This document shows positions 1-9,392 of a DNA stretch of 64,000 nucleotides, in pieces (the stretch's first letter is position 1; each line of letters begins with the position of its first letter). The position numbers and the translations under genes are program-made. The stretch is from assembly GCA_963771175.1 (NCBI GenBank), contig CAVYSY010000033.1, positions 480,001 through 544,000 on the forward strand. The letters run 5' to 3'. A model generated the notes under the pieces. The model had not been told where the DNA came from. It saw only the letters and a program-made list of their open reading frames with translations, and made no database searches. Source of the DNA: an uncultured delta proteobacterium. Lineage in GTDB: Bacteria; Myxococcota; Myxococcia; Myxococcales; Myxococcaceae.

Positions 1-801
1 GCGATAGGGCAGCACCGACACCGCGGTGATCGCCACCAGGAGGTAGAGAACCGTGGCGATCACCAGGGCCAGGAGCAGCCCCAGCGGCAGCAGGGTGCGC
101 GGTCGCTTCACCTCCTCGGCGACATTGAGGATGTCCTCGAAGCCGATGAAGGAGAAGAACGTCAGCACCGCGCCCTGGAGCAGCAGTCCCAGGGAGAGGC
201 CAGCCGCCGCGTCCCCCTGCCCCGCTGGAGGTGGCGTCTCCAGGTAGTCGACCGAGCCCCAGGAGCCCACGCCCACGGCGATGACGATGAGCAGCCCGGA
301 GAGCTCGACCGTCGTGCAGAGGATGTTCATCCACGTGCTCTCGCGCATGCCCCGGAAGACGACGAGCGTGAGCAGCGCCAGGAAGGTGATGACGAGCACC
401 TCGGTGGGCCACCGCACGCCCAGGGTCTGCACATAACCGGCGATGACGCGAGAGCCGGTGGCCATCGACGTCAGGCCCGAGGCCGCCACGCCCAGTCCAA
501 TGAGGTAGGAGATGAAGGGCACCCGGAAGGCACGGTGGGCGACATAGGCCGCGCCCGCCGCGCGGGGGTAGCGAGAGCCGATGTTGGCGTAACTCAGGCC
601 CGTCAACAGGGCGACGAGCATCGACATGACGAAGGCCAGCCAGACGGCGTTGCCCATGACCCCCGCCGCCTTGCCAATCAGCCCGTAGATGCCCGCCCCG
701 AGCATGTCCCCCACACCGTAGACCGTCAGCGCTCCCAGGCCCATGGTCCGGACCAGGGTCGGCTCGGAGGAGGAGGAAGGAGTGTCTTCGCCTGAGGCCA
801 T
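1..801 (-). CDS. APC-family amino acid permease (runs off the left edge)
   Basis: Manual translation from ATG at 801: MASGEDTPSSSEPTLVRTMGLGALTVYGVGDMLGAGIYGLIGKAAG...LSYANIGSRYPRAAGAAYVAHRAF. Has the GAGIY and P-x-AG motifs of APC permeases and many hydrophobic helices. Confidence 0.9.
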   Translation of the reverse strand, partial: MASGEDTPSSSSEPTLVRTMGLGALTVYGVGDMLGAGIYGLIGKAAGVMGNAVWLAFVMSMLVALLTGLSYANIGSRYPRAAGAAYVAHRAFRVPFISYLIGLGVAASGLTSMATGSRVIAGYVQTLGVRWPTEVLVITFLALLTLVVFRGMRESTWMNILCTTVELSGLLIVIAVGVGSWGSVDYLETPPPAGQGDAAAGLSLGLLLQGAVLTFFSFIGFEDILNVAEEVKRPRTLLPLGLLLALVIATVLYLLVAITAVSVLPYR

Positions 802-957
802 GGCCCCTGAGTTACTCACGCCCCCCGGCTCCGGGACGAGCCGCTCCCGGCGTCTCCTGTCCAGAAGCCGCTACCAGTGAAGAATGGTGGACGATGGAGG
901 ACAGGTTCGGGGGGTTGGGGGAGGAAGGCCCGTGCGAAGGGCTGGCATCATGGAGCC

Positions 958-1383
958 ATGAGGAAGGTGCTCTGGCTCGTCGGCTACCTCTGGGCATTCC
1001 CAGTGACCGCGCTGGGTCTGCTGCTCGCCATGCTCTTCGCGCGCCTCGACTCGGTGGACGAGGAGTACGTCCTCCACTTCGTCGTGCAGCCCCGGGGGCC
1101 GCTCGCGTGGTACGTGCGCTGCTTCCACATCACCGCCTTCACCTTGGGTGCGGTGGTGACGTACGCCGGGGCGGATGGCCCGAGGCAGGTCCGGCTGGTG
1201 CGCCACGAGCGCGCGCACGTCATGCAGACGCTCATCCTCGGCCCGCTGTTCCTCCCCCTCTATGCCCTCTCCTCACTCTGGCAGCTCGTGCGCGGGCGTC
1301 ACCCGTACCACGACAACTGGTTCGAGGTCCGGGCGCGCGCCGCGGAAGTCCCGGGCTATCGCACGCTGCGCCTCGTCCGCTAA
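958..1383 (+). CDS. Small membrane-anchored protein with a zincin-like HExxH motif
   Basis: MRKVLWLVGYLWAFP hydrophobic N-terminus; LVRHERAHVMQ and downstream DNWFE. Confidence 0.6.
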   Translation: MRKVLWLVGYLWAFPVTALGLLLAMLFARLDSVDEEYVLHFVVQPRGPLAWYVRCFHITAFTLGAVVTYAGADGPRQVRLVRHERAHVMQTLILGPLFLPLYALSSLWQLVRGRHPYHDNWFEVRARAAEVPGYRTLRLVR

Positions 1384-1424
1384 CGCTCCGCAGGGGCCTC
1401 CGTTCATGGGAGGATGGCCCCACC

Positions 1425-2009
1425 ATGCCCCCAGCCATTCGCGGCTTCATGTCCAGGATGATCCTCGACGCGGCCCGGAGCCTGCCGGCCGAGAAGCAGC
1501 GCAGGGTGTTCGCCGCCGTCCCCCCGGAGGTGGTCTCGCTCATCGAATCCACGCCGCGGCTGGGCTGGGTCCCCCTCGACGAGAACCTCAAGCTGTCGGA
1601 CGCCCTGCACCAGGTGCTGGGGGACCCGGGCTTCCGCAACTTCTTCGCGAGCGTCTCGGACCGCATGCTGGCCTACCCGTTGCTGCAGTCGTTCTTCGAC
1701 GGGGCCATCCGGCTCTTCGGCCTGACGCCCCAGGCCATGCTGAAGTGGTCCACCTATGCATGGGAGCAGGCGTTCCGGGACAGCGGGAAGCTCCTGTATC
1801 AGCCCCTCCGGGAGGCAATGGACAAGGGGCATGTCCAGATGGTGCTGGAAGGCTTCCCGTCCGGGATGCTGCGCACGGGCACCTTCCCGGAGTCGCTCGC
1901 GGGGACCTTCGACCTGTTCCTGCGGCGGGTGTCCAAGAAAGGCCAGGTGAACATCCTCAGCGTCGAGCTGTCCAAGGGACGTGTGCTCTACGACATCACC
2001 TGGGACTAG
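1425..2009 (+). CDS. Hypothetical protein
   Basis: C-terminal part of ORF 894..2009 from MPPAIRGFMSRMILDAA; globular-looking sequence with GC3-biased codons. Confidence 0.65.
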   Translation: MPPAIRGFMSRMILDAARSLPAEKQRRVFAAVPPEVVSLIESTPRLGWVPLDENLKLSDALHQVLGDPGFRNFFASVSDRMLAYPLLQSFFDGAIRLFGLTPQAMLKWSTYAWEQAFRDSGKLLYQPLREAMDKGHVQMVLEGFPSGMLRTGTFPESLAGTFDLFLRRVSKKGQVNILSVELSKGRVLYDITWD

Positions 2010-2060
2010 CCAGTTCCGCCGGCTCAGAACACTCCGTCGAAGAGCCGCCAGCCCGCCTCG

Positions 2061-2090
2061 TGACGCAACGCACCAAGCTGACGCAACGCA
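2061..2090. repeat. Perfect 12-bp direct repeat TGACGCAACGCA x2 upstream of the SGNH gene; possible operator
   Basis: Copies at 2061-2072 and 2079-2090, followed by an AT-rich stretch at about 2125-2170. Confidence 0.5.
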
Positions 2091-2237
2091 TGGGGGAACG
2101 CTCCTGGGAAGTACCCGCGCTACTGGATTCAACCCAAACATTATCAAGCATCAGAACTTCATGTTATACCAGTGAAGCCGGCGAATCCGCCGAGCCCCGC
2201 CTCACACACTCATCCCAATCTCCCCCCAGGAGCATCC

Positions 2238-3314
2238 ATGTTCACCCGATCCAACGGGCAAGGCACGTCCCTTGCCGTGGCGCTCGCGGCCAGCCTCGCC
2301 GTGGGCGGCACCGCCGCTGCCAGCACCCTCAACCAGAACACCTCGTGGACCGTCACCCGCACGGGCGCGACCTCGACGTATCGCGTCGTGGCCTACGGCG
2401 ACTCCATCTTCGCGGGCTACAACGGCTCCATCTTCAACGTGGCCCGGCGCGCGGCGCCCGTCGTCGAGGGCGAGTACCTGGCCAAGGACTTCCTCAGCAA
2501 CATCGAGATCGTCCGCCGCACCAAGTCCGGCGCCAAGGCCGACGACATCTATAACAACAAGATCATCGCCGAGCGCTCGTACATGCAGGCGGCCAACACC
2601 CGCGTGGTGATGTTCGAGATGTGCGGCAACGACTACCTGCAGGCGCGCTCTGCCTTCACGGACCAGACGGGCACCTGCAGCTATGCCGGCCTGGACACGG
2701 CCCTGGCCAACTGCACCTCGTACATGGAGAAGGCCATGCAGGCCATCAACACGTACGCGACCGCGGCCAAGGCCAAGATCGTCATGAACATCTATTACCC
2801 GGGTTACGCCGCGGACAACGTGCTCACCAACTGCACGGACTCCGCCACCGGGGCCAAGGTGAACAAGCAGTCCAAGTTCCTGCCCTACCTGGCCAAGAGC
2901 AACTGGCGGACCTGCAGCCTGGCGGCGAAGTACGGCTTCCAGTGCGCCGACTCGTTCGCCGATTACATGGGCGCCGACTACGACTCCAACGGTGACGGAC
3001 AGATCGACCGCGACGCCCTCCGCTACATCGCGGGCGAGACCGAGGCCAACTACGTCAACCGCATCACCACCACGCTGCGCTCGACCCTCCGCGACGCCAA
3101 CACGCACTTCGTCAGCTCGAGCGCCAGCTACGACTACATCCAGTCGGACAACACCCACCCGACCTACTACGGCACGACCATGAGCGGCACGAGCTCCGGC
3201 GCTCCGGCCTTCACCGACACGCAGATCGTGAACGGCAAGAACCCCGAGTGGAACAAGTGGGGCCATGAGCGCGCCGGCTGGCTCATGTCCACGATGGACC
3301 CGGCCACGCCGTAA
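2238..3314 (+). CDS. Secreted SGNH/GDSL-family hydrolase
   Basis: Signal peptide (LAVALAASLAVGGTAAA); block I VAYGDS, block III CGND, block V DNTHP; AGGAG RBS. Confidence 0.85.
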   Translation: MFTRSNGQGTSLAVALAASLAVGGTAAASTLNQNTSWTVTRTGATSTYRVVAYGDSIFAGYNGSIFNVARRAAPVVEGEYLAKDFLSNIEIVRRTKSGAKADDIYNNKIIAERSYMQAANTRVVMFEMCGNDYLQARSAFTDQTGTCSYAGLDTALANCTSYMEKAMQAINTYATAAKAKIVMNIYYPGYAADNVLTNCTDSATGAKVNKQSKFLPYLAKSNWRTCSLAAKYGFQCADSFADYMGADYDSNGDGQIDRDALRYIAGETEANYVNRITTTLRSTLRDANTHFVSSSASYDYIQSDNTHPTYYGTTMSGTSSGAPAFTDTQIVNGKNPEWNKWGHERAGWLMSTMDPATP

Positions 3315-3318
3315 CCTG

Positions 3319-3368
3319 CCCTCCATCCCCGTCCCTCTCCCCGCGCGGGAGGGGGTCGGGGTGAGGGG
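3319..3368. repeat. Imperfect palindromic REP-like element or terminator
   Basis: CCCTCCATCCCCGTCCCTCTCCC-cgcgc-GGGAGGGGGTCGGGGTGAGGGG directly after the stop codon. Confidence 0.55.
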
Positions 3369-3439
3369 ACTCCGAGGATGGAGCCGCGTGGCCCGGATGA
3401 TAGGGTGCGCGCCCACGGCGGCAGGACGCCGCGCTCCGG

Positions 3440-4882
3440 ATGACCCCCTCCCCCACTCTGGCCTCGCCCCCTTCTCCCTCACGGACCGTCACCGCGGAAG
3501 GCGTGTTCGCCCCGCTGGTGCTCGCCGGCCATGCGCTGCTGGCCTTCGCGCTGGCGCGGACGCGGGGGCACTACAACGGTGACTTCATCTTCGTCGTGGG
3601 TGGGGCCCTGCTGCTCTGGCTCGTGGGGATGGGCGTGTCGCGTCAGTCCCCGGCGGAGGCGGTGCGCGCCAGGACGCGCGCCTGGGCCTGGGGCGTGGCA
3701 GCCTTCTTCACCCTCTACAACCTCGTCCTCGAGCCGGGAACCAACCTGAAGGCCGGAGCCGACTCTCGGCCCTTCGTGCTCCTGGGCGGTATCGCGGTGC
3801 TGCTCGTGGGAAGCTGTGTCTCGCCCACGGCCCCCTCCTCGCGCTTCCTCCGGCTGCTGCGCGGAGCACGCACGGTCGGGTTCTTCGTGCTTCCGCTCGC
3901 GCTCGGGCTACAGCTCATCGCCGCCTCACCCTCGCCCCAGATCGACGTCTGGGAGATCCACCAGCAGGGGGCGCGCTCGCTGCTGAGTGGCCTGCCCGTC
4001 TACGGCGGAGCCCTCCAGACCGTCGACTCGTACACCTTCGCGAGGGCCATCGACTCCTACGCCTACCCGCCGCTCAACCTCCTCCTCACCACCGCCGCAT
4101 ATGCACTCACGGGAGAGACGCGGCATGCGCAGCTCGTCTGCATGGTGCTCGGGGCCTTCTTCTTCTGGCGTGCCGCGCGGCGCCAGGTGGAGCCGGGGGA
4201 TGCGCTCCCCGAGCTGCTCGTGGCCTGTCTTCTCTTCCACCCGAGGGGCCTCTTCACGCTGGAGCAGGCCTGGGGCGAGCCACTCGCGCTGCCCTTCCTC
4301 GGCGCCTTCGTGTACTTCCTGGGCGAGGGCCGGAGGACGGCCGCCGCGGTGGCCCTCGGGCTGCTCTGCGCGACGAAGCAGCACTTCGTGCTGTACCTGC
4401 CCTTCGCCCTGCTGCTGCCCGGGGTGGGTTGGCGGGGCGTGGCCATCGCGGTGGGGACGGCGGCGGCCACCTTCGTGCCCTTCCTCGCATGGACGCCGGG
4501 AGGCCTGTGGAGGGATCTGGTGGTGCACCATCTCACCAACCCCTTCCGGCCGGACTCGCTCTCGCTCACGGCCTGGTTCTTCCACCGGGGACAGAGCCTG
4601 CCGGGGTGGCTCGGGTTCGCGGGCACACTGGCTGTATGGGCGCTGACGCTCCGGCACCGACATCGGCCCGAGGCCGTCCTGCTGGGGAGCGCGGTGGCCT
4701 TCGGGGTGTTCTTCTTCCTGGGACGGCAGGCGTTCTGCAACTACTACTACCAGGTGGGCGCCACAGTGCTCGCGGCGGTCATCGCCTCCATGCGGAGCCC
4801 CACGGCCCGGGAGGGGCAAGGGGCCGGGCCCGGCGTCCCGGAGCGGGCTGGCGCCACTGGCACGCCCCCGCTGGCGGCCTGA
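3440..4882 (+). CDS. Multi-pass membrane protein, GT-C/GT87-like glycosyltransferase
   Basis: More than 10 hydrophobic segments; QIDVW, YAYPP and ATKQ motifs resembling GT87. Confidence 0.6.
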   Translation: MTPSPTLASPPSPSRTVTAEGVFAPLVLAGHALLAFALARTRGHYNGDFIFVVGGALLLWLVGMGVSRQSPAEAVRARTRAWAWGVAAFFTLYNLVLEPGTNLKAGADSRPFVLLGGIAVLLVGSCVSPTAPSSRFLRLLRGARTVGFFVLPLALGLQLIAASPSPQIDVWEIHQQGARSLLSGLPVYGGALQTVDSYTFARAIDSYAYPPLNLLLTTAAYALTGETRHAQLVCMVLGAFFFWRAARRQVEPGDALPELLVACLLFHPRGLFTLEQAWGEPLALPFLGAFVYFLGEGRRTAAAVALGLLCATKQHFVLYLPFALLLPGVGWRGVAIAVGTAAATFVPFLAWTPGGLWRDLVVHHLTNPFRPDSLSLTAWFFHRGQSLPGWLGFAGTLAVWALTLRHRHRPEAVLLGSAVAFGVFFFLGRQAFCNYYYQVGATVLAAVIASMRSPTAREGQGAGPGVPERAGATGTPPLAA

Positions 4883-4944
4883 CGCGCGAGCCGCGGGGCA
4901 GAGCCCTCAACAGCCCAGGTGTTCCTGGGTATAGGGTGCGAACC

Positions 4945-5751
4945 ATGAATCAGATGCTGGAGCTTCGAGGCCGGTGGACCCTCATCACCGGGGCGTCGTC
5001 CGGGCTGGGCGTGGAAATCGCCCGGACCATCGCAAGGGACCATGGCGGCCATGTCCTCCTGGTGGCGCGGCGGCGCGACCGGCTGGAGGCGCTGTGCGAG
5101 GAGCTGCGCTCGCGACATGGGGTGCAGGCCGCCTGCATCGCGGCCGACCTGTCGCGCCCCGAGGACGTGGAGCGCATCTTCACCGAGGCCACGCACGAGC
5201 GGGACATCCACGCCGTCATCCTCAACGCCGGCGTGACGTACTGGGGCGAGGCGATGAAGCTGGGCTGGAGCGAGTTCCAGGCCATGCTGGACACCAACGT
5301 CACCAGCATGGTGCGGCTCTCCAGCCTCTTCATGCCCTACCTCGTCGAGCGCAAGACGCGGGGCGGGCTGCTGCTCGTCTCCAGCGTGGCGGGGCTCATC
5401 CCGGTGCCGTACCAGGCGGCCTACAGCGGCACCAAGGCCTTCGTCACCAGCTACGGGCAGTGCCTCGGGCAGGAGGTGCGGCACACGGGTGTATCCGTCA
5501 CCGTCTTCGCCCCGGGAGGCATCGCCACGGAGCTGCTGGACAAGGCCGGACTGTCCAACCGCTTCAAGGCGGGCGACCTGGGAGTGATGAGCGCCGAGGC
5601 GTGCGCCGCCCACGCGGTGCGGGCCTTCATCCGCCGCAAGGAGCTCTACGTCCCCGGGCTGCTCAACCAGACGCTGGCCCTGGCCGCCAAGGTGCTCCCG
5701 CGCGGCTTCATGGCCCAGCGCACCGCCGCCATGTACAAGCCCGAGCGCTGA
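4945..5751 (+). CDS. Short-chain dehydrogenase/reductase
   Basis: TGASSGLG, LNAG and catalytic YSGTK. Confidence 0.92.
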   Translation: MNQMLELRGRWTLITGASSGLGVEIARTIARDHGGHVLLVARRRDRLEALCEELRSRHGVQAACIAADLSRPEDVERIFTEATHERDIHAVILNAGVTYWGEAMKLGWSEFQAMLDTNVTSMVRLSSLFMPYLVERKTRGGLLLVSSVAGLIPVPYQAAYSGTKAFVTSYGQCLGQEVRHTGVSVTVFAPGGIATELLDKAGLSNRFKAGDLGVMSAEACAAHAVRAFIRRKELYVPGLLNQTLALAAKVLPRGFMAQRTAAMYKPER

Positions 5752-5777
5752 GCCGCCTCGCGCTCCGGGTCTTCCCC

Positions 5778-6962
5778 TCACACGTGTCGGGGCCGGCGCC
5801 AGAAGGGAGGGCGCCAGGAGCCTCGTTTCTGGAGCTGCTCCGCCACATCTCCCTTCAGGGGCAGGTTGAGGCGCTCTCGCCGGAGCAGGAGCAGCTCGCG
5901 GATGACGATCTGACAGGTGCCCACGATGGGCACCGCCAGGAAGGCGCCGAGCACGCCAGCCAGCTCGGCGAAGAGGATGATGCCGAGCAGCGTCACCAGC
6001 GGGTTGAGTGCCACGGCGCGCTTGTAGATGATGGGCGCGAGCACGTGGTTCTCGAACTGTTGGTAGAGGATGACGTAGACGCCCACCGCCAGGAAGTCCC
6101 ACACCCCACCCGAGGCGAGGGCCACCAGCGACAGGATGATGCCCGCGAGCGTGGCCCCCACCAGGGGAATGAGACTGCCCAGGCCGGAGAGGATGCCGAG
6201 TGGCAGGAAGTAGGGAACGCCGAGGATGGCCAGGAAGGTGGTGGCGCAGATGGAATTCACCACGGCGATGATGGCCAGCCCGCCGAGGTAGCCCCCCACC
6301 GAGGTGTACACCTTGCCCAGCACCCGCTCGTAGCGCTCGCGGTGGGCCGGGAGGGACTCGGCGAGCGCGCCCCGCACCAGGCGGCCGCCGTAGATGAGCA
6401 TGAAGATGACGAGGAAGAGCACGGTGACGACGGCGCCCACCCCGGCCAGCACACTGCCCACCACGTGCAGCGCGGGATCCACGGCCCGCTGCAACAGCGA
6501 GGACTCTCCCTGCCCGAGCGCGCCCAACCGCTGGTCGAGGTCCACGCGCGCATTGAGCCCCTGGTAGAGGGACGTCTGTTGGACGCGCTCACTGAGCTCT
6601 GGCAGGCGCTCGGCCAGCTCCCGGACCTGCGCCACCGCGGAAGGGACGATGAGGAAGCTCGCGCCGACGATCGCCCCCAACAGCCCCCCCATCACCAGCC
6701 CGATGGCCAGCGGTCGCCTCACCCCCCACCTCTCCAGCAGCGCCACCGCGTGGTTGAGCGCCACCGCCAGCAGGACGGCCGTCACGGTGAGGGTGAGGGT
6801 CACGATGCCATGGAGCAGCAGGTAGATGGCCGCCACTACGCCCACGACGCTGGCGCAGATGGTGAGCACGGTCTTCACCGTCACCTGGGAGCGCGGCACG
6901 GGCACCGGCTCACGGTCATTCACCGGCTCGATGGACGGACGGACGGGCCTCTCGGGCTCCAC
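5778..6962 (-). CDS. AI-2E family transporter
   Basis: LIPLVGA, QQFENHVLAPII, LNPLVTLLGII and GVLGAFLAVP motifs; GTG start after a GGAG RBS. Confidence 0.9.
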   Translation of the reverse strand: MEPERPVRPSIEPVNDREPVPVPRSQVTVKTVLTICASVVGVVAAIYLLLHGIVTLTLTVTAVLLAVALNHAVALLERWGVRRPLAIGLVMGGLLGAIVGASFLIVPSAVAQVRELAERLPELSERVQQTSLYQGLNARVDLDQRLGALGQGESSLLQRAVDPALHVVGSVLAGVGAVVTVLFLVIFMLIYGGRLVRGALAESLPAHRERYERVLGKVYTSVGGYLGGLAIIAVVNSICATTFLAILGVPYFLPLGILSGLGSLIPLVGATLAGIILSLVALASGGVWDFLAVGVYVILYQQFENHVLAPIIYKRAVALNPLVTLLGIILFAELAGVLGAFLAVPIVGTCQIVIRELLLLRRERLNLPLKGDVAEQLQKRGSWRPPFWRRPRHV

Positions 6963-7245
6963 TCTCACCTCTCCCTGGTGACACGGGCCTGCGAGAAAGC
7001 TGGGGCTCCGCCGGCCGTAGCGGCAGTGCTCGAAGCCACCGGGGGAGCCAACCGCCCGCTCGCCCGGATGCCCTTGGATAAGGTGCCCTCGGTCCCCGCC
7101 CCTGCTCCGAAAAGTTCCCCTCATGGGGGAGGCTCCTCTCGGTTATCGGCCGGCGGTCCACTCGGGCCCCGCCTCTCAGCGAGCCATGCGCTCGGGGCAA
7201 GGTCGTACGCTCCGGCAGGGAGCACGCGACTAGAATGCCGCCGCG

Positions 7246-8373
7246 ATGCGCGACAACCGTTGGACCGATGAATTTCTCGAGGACTTCCGCCAGCAGGGCG
7301 ACCCACTCGCGGACGAGACCGTGAAGAACCTGTTCCGTCAGGGGCAGGTGGAGACCGCCAACGCGTTGATGAAGCAGCTCATCCGGAACGACCAACTCGT
7401 GCCCGACACGCTGCCCGCGCCGCTGCGTGAGTACCTCGTGAACACCGAGAGCCTGCCGTCATGGGCGGACCCGGAGCTCATCCTCCAGGGAGAGGCACTG
7501 TTCGGCCGGTACGGGCCGCAGGCGGTCGTCTCCCTCTTCTGCGGGGCCCTGCCGGCGAGCTACGCGGCGGCGAAGGGCGTCCAGGTCATCCACCTCACCG
7601 CCCGGCTGGCGACGAACCCCTTCCGCCGCATCATGGAGACGGCGCAGATGCTGATGGACGTGATGGCCCCGGGTGGCCTCGAGCCGGGCGGCACCGGCAT
7701 CCGGAGCGCGCAGAAGGTGCGGCTGATGCACGCGGCGGTGCGCCACCTCATCCTGGAGAGCGGCGAGTGGAACCCCGAGTGGGGACACCCCATCAACCAG
7801 GAGGACCTGGCGGGGACGCTCGCCGACTTCTCGTACGCTGTCATCGTGGGCATGGAGAAGCTGGGCTGCACGCTGTCCGCGCGGGAGCAGAACGCCTACT
7901 TCCACTGCTGGAGGGTGGTGGGGCACGTGCTGGGGTTGGACCCGACCGTGCTCCCGGAGGACATGGAGGACTGCGCGGCGCTCGCCCAGGCCATCCAGCG
8001 ACGCCACTTCCGCGCGAGCCCCGAGGGGCAGGAGCTCACACGCGCGCTCATCGAGATGGCCGAGCACGTCACGCCGGGCGACCTCTTCGATGGACTGGCG
8101 GCCTCGCTCATCCGCCACATCCTGGGCGAGGAGATCGCCGAGATGCTGAAGGTGCCGCCCGCGGACTGGACCCGGCACCTGATCGGCCCGCTCGCGCTGC
8201 TGGGGAAGGCCTCGGACGAGCTGGGAGACCGCTCCCGGGCGATGGCGAAGCTCGCGGAGCTGTTCGGCCGGAAGCTGGTGGAGGGAATGATATGGATGAA
8301 CCGCGGTGCCGAGCGGCCTCCGTTCCGTATCCCCCACGCGCTGCGGGAGGCGTGGAACGTGGAAGGCCGGTAG
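7246..8373 (+). CDS. Oxygenase of the MpaB / DUF2236 / Lcp-like family
   Basis: RRIMETAQM, KVRLMHAAVRH, PINQEDLAGT and WRVVGHVLG motifs. Confidence 0.85.
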   Translation: MRDNRWTDEFLEDFRQQGDPLADETVKNLFRQGQVETANALMKQLIRNDQLVPDTLPAPLREYLVNTESLPSWADPELILQGEALFGRYGPQAVVSLFCGALPASYAAAKGVQVIHLTARLATNPFRRIMETAQMLMDVMAPGGLEPGGTGIRSAQKVRLMHAAVRHLILESGEWNPEWGHPINQEDLAGTLADFSYAVIVGMEKLGCTLSAREQNAYFHCWRVVGHVLGLDPTVLPEDMEDCAALAQAIQRRHFRASPEGQELTRALIEMAEHVTPGDLFDGLAASLIRHILGEEIAEMLKVPPADWTRHLIGPLALLGKASDELGDRSRAMAKLAELFGRKLVEGMIWMNRGAERPPFRIPHALREAWNVEGR

Positions 8374-8434
8374 TGGCTAGAGTGAGCGCGCGCGAGCGGT
8401 TGCTGAACGAGCACCCGCCTGGCGGGGAGACACG

Positions 8435-9382
8435 GTGAAGCGACTGTTCGTCACGGGTGGCACGGGGTTCATCGGAAGCGCGTTCGTCCCGCTGGCGAAG
8501 GAGGCCGGCCATCAGGTGCACCTGCTCACCCGGAGCGAGCGGTCCGCCGAGCGGTGGGCACGCGCGGGAGTCACTCCGGTGCTGGGGGATCTGCTCACTC
8601 CGGGGCCCTGGCAGGAGGAGGCGGCGGCGAGCGAGTGGGTGGTGCACCTCGCGCAGCCGCTCACCTTCGGAGGCCGGGTGACGCGCAAGCGGGCCGAGGT
8701 CTACCGCGAGCAGCGGCTGTACATGGACAGGCTGCTGCTGGAGTCGCTGAAGCCAGGGGTGGCGCGGAGGGTGCTCTACGTCGGTGGCACCAGCTACTAC
8801 GGCAACCAGGGTCCCCGGCTGGTGACGGAGGACAGCCCGCCGAGGCCCTCGGGCTGGGGGCCGTACATCGCGCCCGCCATCGAGCTGCTGCCGGGCTACG
8901 TGGCGCGCGGGCTGCCACTGGTGGAGGCCTACCCCGGCTCGGTGTACGGGCTGGGTTCCTGGTTCGAGGAGTACATGCTGAAGCCGCTCGAGGAGGGCAA
9001 GCGGCTCGTCGGCCTGAAGGAGACGCTGAACCGGTGCATGTCACCCATCCACGTGGAGGACTGCGCGCGGGCCCTCCTGCACCTGCTGGAGCACGGCGAA
9101 GTGGGCCAACGCTACTTCGTGGTGGATGACGAGCCGGTGCCCTTCGCGGAGCTGAGCCGGGTGGCCGCCGCGGCCCTGGGGGTGAGCTTCCGCCGGGTCC
9201 TCCTCCCCCGGTGGGTGAGCAACCTGGCGATGGGACCGGTGGTGACGGACTCGCTGACGGCGGAGGCGCGGCTGTCCAACGCGCGCCTGCACGGCACGGG
9301 CTTCCAGCTCCGCTACCCCACCATCCGCGAGGGCGTCCCCGCGCTGGTGAAGCAGTGGTTGGAGAAGCAGGGCCGGAGCTGA
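8435..9382 (+). CDS. NAD-dependent epimerase/dehydratase family protein
   Basis: VTGGTGFIG Rossmann motif; IHVEDCARA. Confidence 0.88.
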   Translation: MKRLFVTGGTGFIGSAFVPLAKEAGHQVHLLTRSERSAERWARAGVTPVLGDLLTPGPWQEEAAASEWVVHLAQPLTFGGRVTRKRAEVYREQRLYMDRLLLESLKPGVARRVLYVGGTSYYGNQGPRLVTEDSPPRPSGWGPYIAPAIELLPGYVARGLPLVEAYPGSVYGLGSWFEEYMLKPLEEGKRLVGLKETLNRCMSPIHVEDCARALLHLLEHGEVGQRYFVVDDEPVPFAELSRVAAAALGVSFRRVLLPRWVSNLAMGPVVTDSLTAEARLSNARLHGTGFQLRYPTIREGVPALVKQWLEKQGRS

Positions 9383-9392
9383 GCGCTCCCCG

